Source: an uncultured Verrucomicrobiota bacterium (lineage in GTDB: Bacteria; Verrucomicrobiota; Verrucomicrobiia; Palsa-1439). From it: a stretch of 64,000 nucleotides of DNA. The notes under the pieces are model-generated. The model was not told the origin of the DNA and ran no database searches. It worked only from the letters and a program-made list of their open reading frames with translations. This document shows positions 60,881-64,000 of this stretch, piece by piece. A program made the position numbers and the translations under genes. The stretch is taken from NCBI GenBank assembly GCA_964533295.1, contig CAZHLM010000001.1:112498-176497 (forward strand), read 5' to 3'. Every line of letters starts with the position of its first letter. The first letter of the stretch is position 1.

Positions 60881-62017
60881 TCAGCCAATCCGTTTCTTGA
60901 AGCGTAAGGCGGAAATCGCGACCAGCCCCGCCGCGTAGAGCGCCAGAAAGCCCATGGCCGGGGCGATGGTCTCAAGTCCTTGTCCCTTGAGCGCGATGGC
61001 GCGCGAGATATCAATGAAGTAACGCGCTGGGAAGACATTGGCATAAGCCTGCATCGGCGTTGGCATGGTGTGCACCGGGAAGATGAAGCCGGAGAATAGC
61101 ATCGCGGGCATGATGGTTAGCACGATGGCGAGCAGCATCGCCGCGACCTGGGTGCGGGCGAGGGTCGAGACGAGCAGGCCAATGCCGACAGTGCAAAGCA
61201 CGTACAACGTCGCGGCCATGAGGAATAGCGGCAGGCTGCCGCGGAACGGGACGCCGAACCAGAACACGCCGCCCGTCAGTACCAACAGCATTTCGAGGAA
61301 GGCAATCACGCCATAAGGGATCAGTTTGCCGAGCACCAATTCGACCGGGCGAATGGGTGAGACGTAGACTTGCTGGATCGAGCCGCGTTCCTTCTCACGC
61401 ACGATGGCCAGCGCCGAAAGCAGCGGTGGGAAGGCCATCAGGATCACGCCGAACAGGCCGGGCACAGTCGAATTCACGCTCTCCAGCGTCGGGTTGTAGC
61501 GCACGCGGGCATTGACCGCGACCGGCCCGGATTGATCCAGCGTTTGCCCCGTCCGGCTTTCGACAAACTCGGCCAGCACGCGCCCGCCGTAGGCGGCGTT
61601 GATGGCGTTGACGTAGGCTTGCGTCACCTGGGCAAAGGGCGTGTAGGAACCGTCGAGCAGAGTCTGGGCCTCGGCAGTCCGGCCTGCGCTGAGGGCGGCG
61701 CCAAAACCGGGCGGGATCACCAGGGCCACATCCGCCGTGTCGCGGCCCAGCGCCTCCGCAATAGCGTCGTAATCGTTCACCGCGCCGGCGATGCGGAAGT
61801 AGCCGGAGTTGACGAACGCCTGCGCGTACGCGCGGCTGGCGGCGGTGCGGTCGAGATCGAGCAAGATCATCTGAATGTTCTTGACATCCGTGTTCACGCC
61901 GTAGGCGAACAGGAAGAGCATGATGAGCGGCAGCACCAGCGCGATGCCGAGCGTGTACGGGTCGCGCAGGATTTCGCGGCTTTCCTTGCGCAGGACGGCG
62001 AGGGTACGGGTAAACAT
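60881..62017 (-). CDS. ABC-2 family transporter permease
   Basis: same architecture as its neighbour; start at MFTRTLAVLRKE; the upstream extension in the ORF track is encoded by the repeat element. Confidence 0.8.
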   Translation of the reverse strand: MFTRTLAVLRKESREILRDPYTLGIALVLPLIMLFLFAYGVNTDVKNIQMILLDLDRTAASRAYAQAFVNSGYFRIAGAVNDYDAIAEALGRDTADVALVIPPGFGAALSAGRTAEAQTLLDGSYTPFAQVTQAYVNAINAAYGGRVLAEFVESRTGQTLDQSGPVAVNARVRYNPTLESVNSTVPGLFGVILMAFPPLLSALAIVREKERGSIQQVYVSPIRPVELVLGKLIPYGVIAFLEMLLVLTGGVFWFGVPFRGSLPLFLMAATLYVLCTVGIGLLVSTLARTQVAAMLLAIVLTIMPAMLFSGFIFPVHTMPTPMQAYANVFPARYFIDISRAIALKGQGLETIAPAMGFLALYAAGLVAISALRFKKRIG

Positions 62018-62018
62018 A

Positions 62019-62108
62019 GTGGTCAGTGGACAGCGAGCAGTGATCAGTGCGCAGTGATCAGTGGGTAGTCTCGAAGGGATGCTTCGCAGTGAGCAGAGTT
62101 TGATCACT
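62019..62108. repeat. 90-bp palindromic element (terminal inverted repeats GTGGTCAGTG / CACTGACCAC) at the ABC ATPase/permease junction
   Basis: arms cagtgatcagtgggtagtc and gactacccactgaccactg are reverse complements; encodes the last 17 aa of the ATPase and abuts the permease start. Confidence 0.6.
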
Positions 62109-64000
62109 GTCGACTACCCACTGACCACTGTTCCGGCTTTCTTCCATTTCGATGAAGACCACAAACAAGTCTTCGAGCGAGAACGGGATGGGCGCGACGC
62201 GGTGCGCGGCATGGCCCTCGGCGGCAAAGGCGGCTTGAATTTCGGGCACCAGGCGGGCCGCATCCTCGACGAGGACGTGAACCCGGTCGCCAAACAGCCC
62301 GGCGCTGAGCACACCGTCCATCTTCTGCATGGCCCGTAGGGCGCGGACGGGTTCAGGGCAGGCCACTTCGAGCATTTCACCCGCGCGCATATTCTCGCGC
62401 AGGCTCGCCGGGCTGCCGGTGGCGATCAGGCGCCCGGAGTAGATCAGCCCGAGCGTCCCGCAGTGCTCGGCCTCGTCCATGTAATGCGTCGTCACGAACA
62501 CCGTTACCCCACGCCCGGCCAGTTCGTAAATCAGGTCCCAGAAGGCGCGGCGCGAGAGCGGGTCAACGCCTGAAGTCGGCTCGTCCAGGAATAAGATACG
62601 TGGCTCATGCAGGATGGCGCAGCCCAGGGCCAGGCGCTGCTTCCACCCGCCGGAGAGGGCGCGCGTCATGGCCCGTTCGCGGCCCACCAGCCCGGCCATC
62701 TCCAGCGCCCAGCGTTTGCGTGAGGCCAGCCGGCTGCCGGGCACGCCGTACACACCGCCGTAAAAGTCCAGGTTCTCTTCGACCGTCAGGTCGTTGTAGA
62801 GCGAGAACTTCTGTGACATGTAGCCGATGTCGGGCTTGATCTGTGTCTGCTCGCGCACGATATCGCGCCCGGCCACCGTGCCGCTTCCGGCGGTGGGCGG
62901 CAGCAGGCCGCACAACATACGGAGGGTCGTCGTCTTGCCGCTGCCGTTCGGGCCGAGGAAGCCGTAGACCTCACCTGCGCGCACGTCCAGGGAGAGGCGA
63001 TCCACTGCCGTGAAGTCGCCGAATTTTCTGGTGAGGCTGGAGAGGCGTATGGCGTAATCCGCATCACGCGTCACAGGTTTCGCCTGCTTATTATTCGCCG
63101 CGAGTGCAATGCCACCCGCAGTGGGGGCCGCCCGGCGGCCATCCGCCGCGCGCGACTCCAGTGTCGCCACGAACACGTCTTCGAGGCTGGGCGTTGCGCG
63201 GCGCACATCGGAGAGGCGGATACCAGCGGCGCTCATCTCAGTTTGCAGCACGGGCAGAGCGCCCTCCGGCTGTTCCATCAGCAAATGCACACGCTCGCCA
63301 AAGACCTGCACGTGCGAGACATTTGGGAGAGCGCGGAGCCGGCTCACGGCTGCACGCTGCGGCAGGGCCAGCAGGTCGAACATATCGCCCTTCAAACTCG
63401 CCCTGAGGGCCGCGGGTGTGTCGCAGGCGACGATCTCGCCCTGGTGCATCAGCGCCACCCGATGGAAGCGTTCAGCCTCGTCCATGTACGGCGTCGTCAC
63501 CAAAATGGTGATCCCTTGCGCCAGGAAGTCGTTGAGCAGCAGCCAGAAGTCGCGGCGGCTGACCGGGTCCACGCCGGTGGTCGGCTCGTCAAGGAACAAG
63601 ACCTGCGGTGAATAGACGAGCGCGCAGGCCAGGGCCAGTTTCTTCTTCATGCCGCCGGAGAGGTGCTCGGCCCGGCGGTCGGCGATGCGTTCAAGCCGGG
63701 CGAAGCGGAGCAGATCGGTGATACGGCGTTCGCGCTCTTCGGGTGGTAGGTGGTAGAGGTCGGCAAAGAAGTCCAGGTTTTCACGGATGCTGAGCGAGCC
63801 GTACAGCGTGAAGCCTTCGGACATGTAGCCGATCTTCCCGCCCAGGGCCGACGGGCTGGCGGCCACGTCCACCCCGGCCACGGTCGCTCGCCCGGCGCTG
63901 GGGCGCAGCAGGCCGCACAGCATTTGCAGCGTCGTGGTCTTGCCGGCGCCGTCCGGCCCAACCAGGCCGAAGATTTCGCCCCGGCGCACGTCCAGGTCGA
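62058..64000 (-). CDS. fused tandem-ABC ATP-binding protein (YbhF-like), 5' end beyond window
   Basis: two Walker A (GPDGAGKTT, GPNGSGKTT), two LSGG signatures and two Walker B; ORF still open at position 64000. Confidence 0.85.
   Translation of the reverse strand, partial: DLDVRRGEIFGLVGPDGAGKTTTLQMLCGLLRPSAGRATVAGVDVAASPSALGGKIGYMSEGFTLYGSLSIRENLDFFADLYHLPPEERERRITDLLRFARLERIADRRAEHLSGGMKKKLALACALVYSPQVLFLDEPTTGVDPVSRRDFWLLLNDFLAQGITILVTTPYMDEAERFHRVALMHQGEIVACDTPAALRASLKGDMFDLLALPQRAAVSRLRALPNVSHVQVFGERVHLLMEQPEGALPVLQTEMSAAGIRLSDVRRATPSLEDVFVATLESRAADGRRAAPTAGGIALAANNKQAKPVTRDADYAIRLSSLTRKFGDFTAVDRLSLDVRAGEVYGFLGPNGSGKTTTLRMLCGLLPPTAGSGTVAGRDIVREQTQIKPDIGYMSQKFSLYNDLTVEENLDFYGGVYGVPGSRLASRKRWALEMAGLVGRERAMTRALSGGWKQRLALGCAILHEPRILFLDEPTSGVDPLSRRAFWDLIYELAGRGVTVFVTTHYMDEAEHCGTLGLIYSGRLIATGSPASLRENMRAGEMLEVACPEPVRALRAMQKMDGVLSAGLFGDRVHVLVEDAARLVPEIQAAFAAEGHAAHRVAPIPFSLEDLFVVFIEMEESRNSGQWVVDSDQTLLTAKHPFETTH

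Overview
This is a high-GC (roughly 65%) bacterial accessory region dominated by copper and metal homeostasis genes. They include three P1B-type ATPase paralogs (two copA-like genes with GMxCxxC heavy-metal-associated (HMA) domains, and a third with a His/Met-rich N-terminus and an unusual CPD membrane motif), a Met-rich multicopper oxidase, a CsoR-family repressor, a Csp-like four-helix-bundle copper storage protein and a split DUF305 gene. Further members are five YHS/TRASH metal-binding modules (two of them fused to copA2 and to a class III nucleotide cyclase), two DUF2933 proteins, an HMA protein, a cupredoxin-like protein, a YVTN beta-propeller lipoprotein and an OmpR/His-kinase two-component pair. 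About 25 kb (7151-32416) is a single co-directional plus-strand gene block. The second half holds an IS256-family insertion next to a putative HhH + PD-(D/E)xK nuclease gene, ZIP and NRAMP metal transporters, a tandem triplet of uncharacterised paralogous small proteins, an orphan NuoL-NuoL-NuoM antiporter-subunit cluster and a ybhGFSR-like ABC-2 efflux system. The most striking signal is a family of short palindromic elements (terminal inverted repeats GTGGTCAGTG / CACTGACCAC). They are inserted in frame inside coding sequences (copA1 and copA2 at the same structural position, and the His-kinase ATPase domain) and at an ABC gene junction. Other notable signals are a recurring GCGCCAAATGGCGC palindrome in several promoter regions, in-frame stop codons and a TAG-split DUF305 gene, and at least four frameshift-disrupted genes (mgtC, a hydrolase, mntH and one triplet paralog). 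No rRNA, tRNA or CRISPR array was found.
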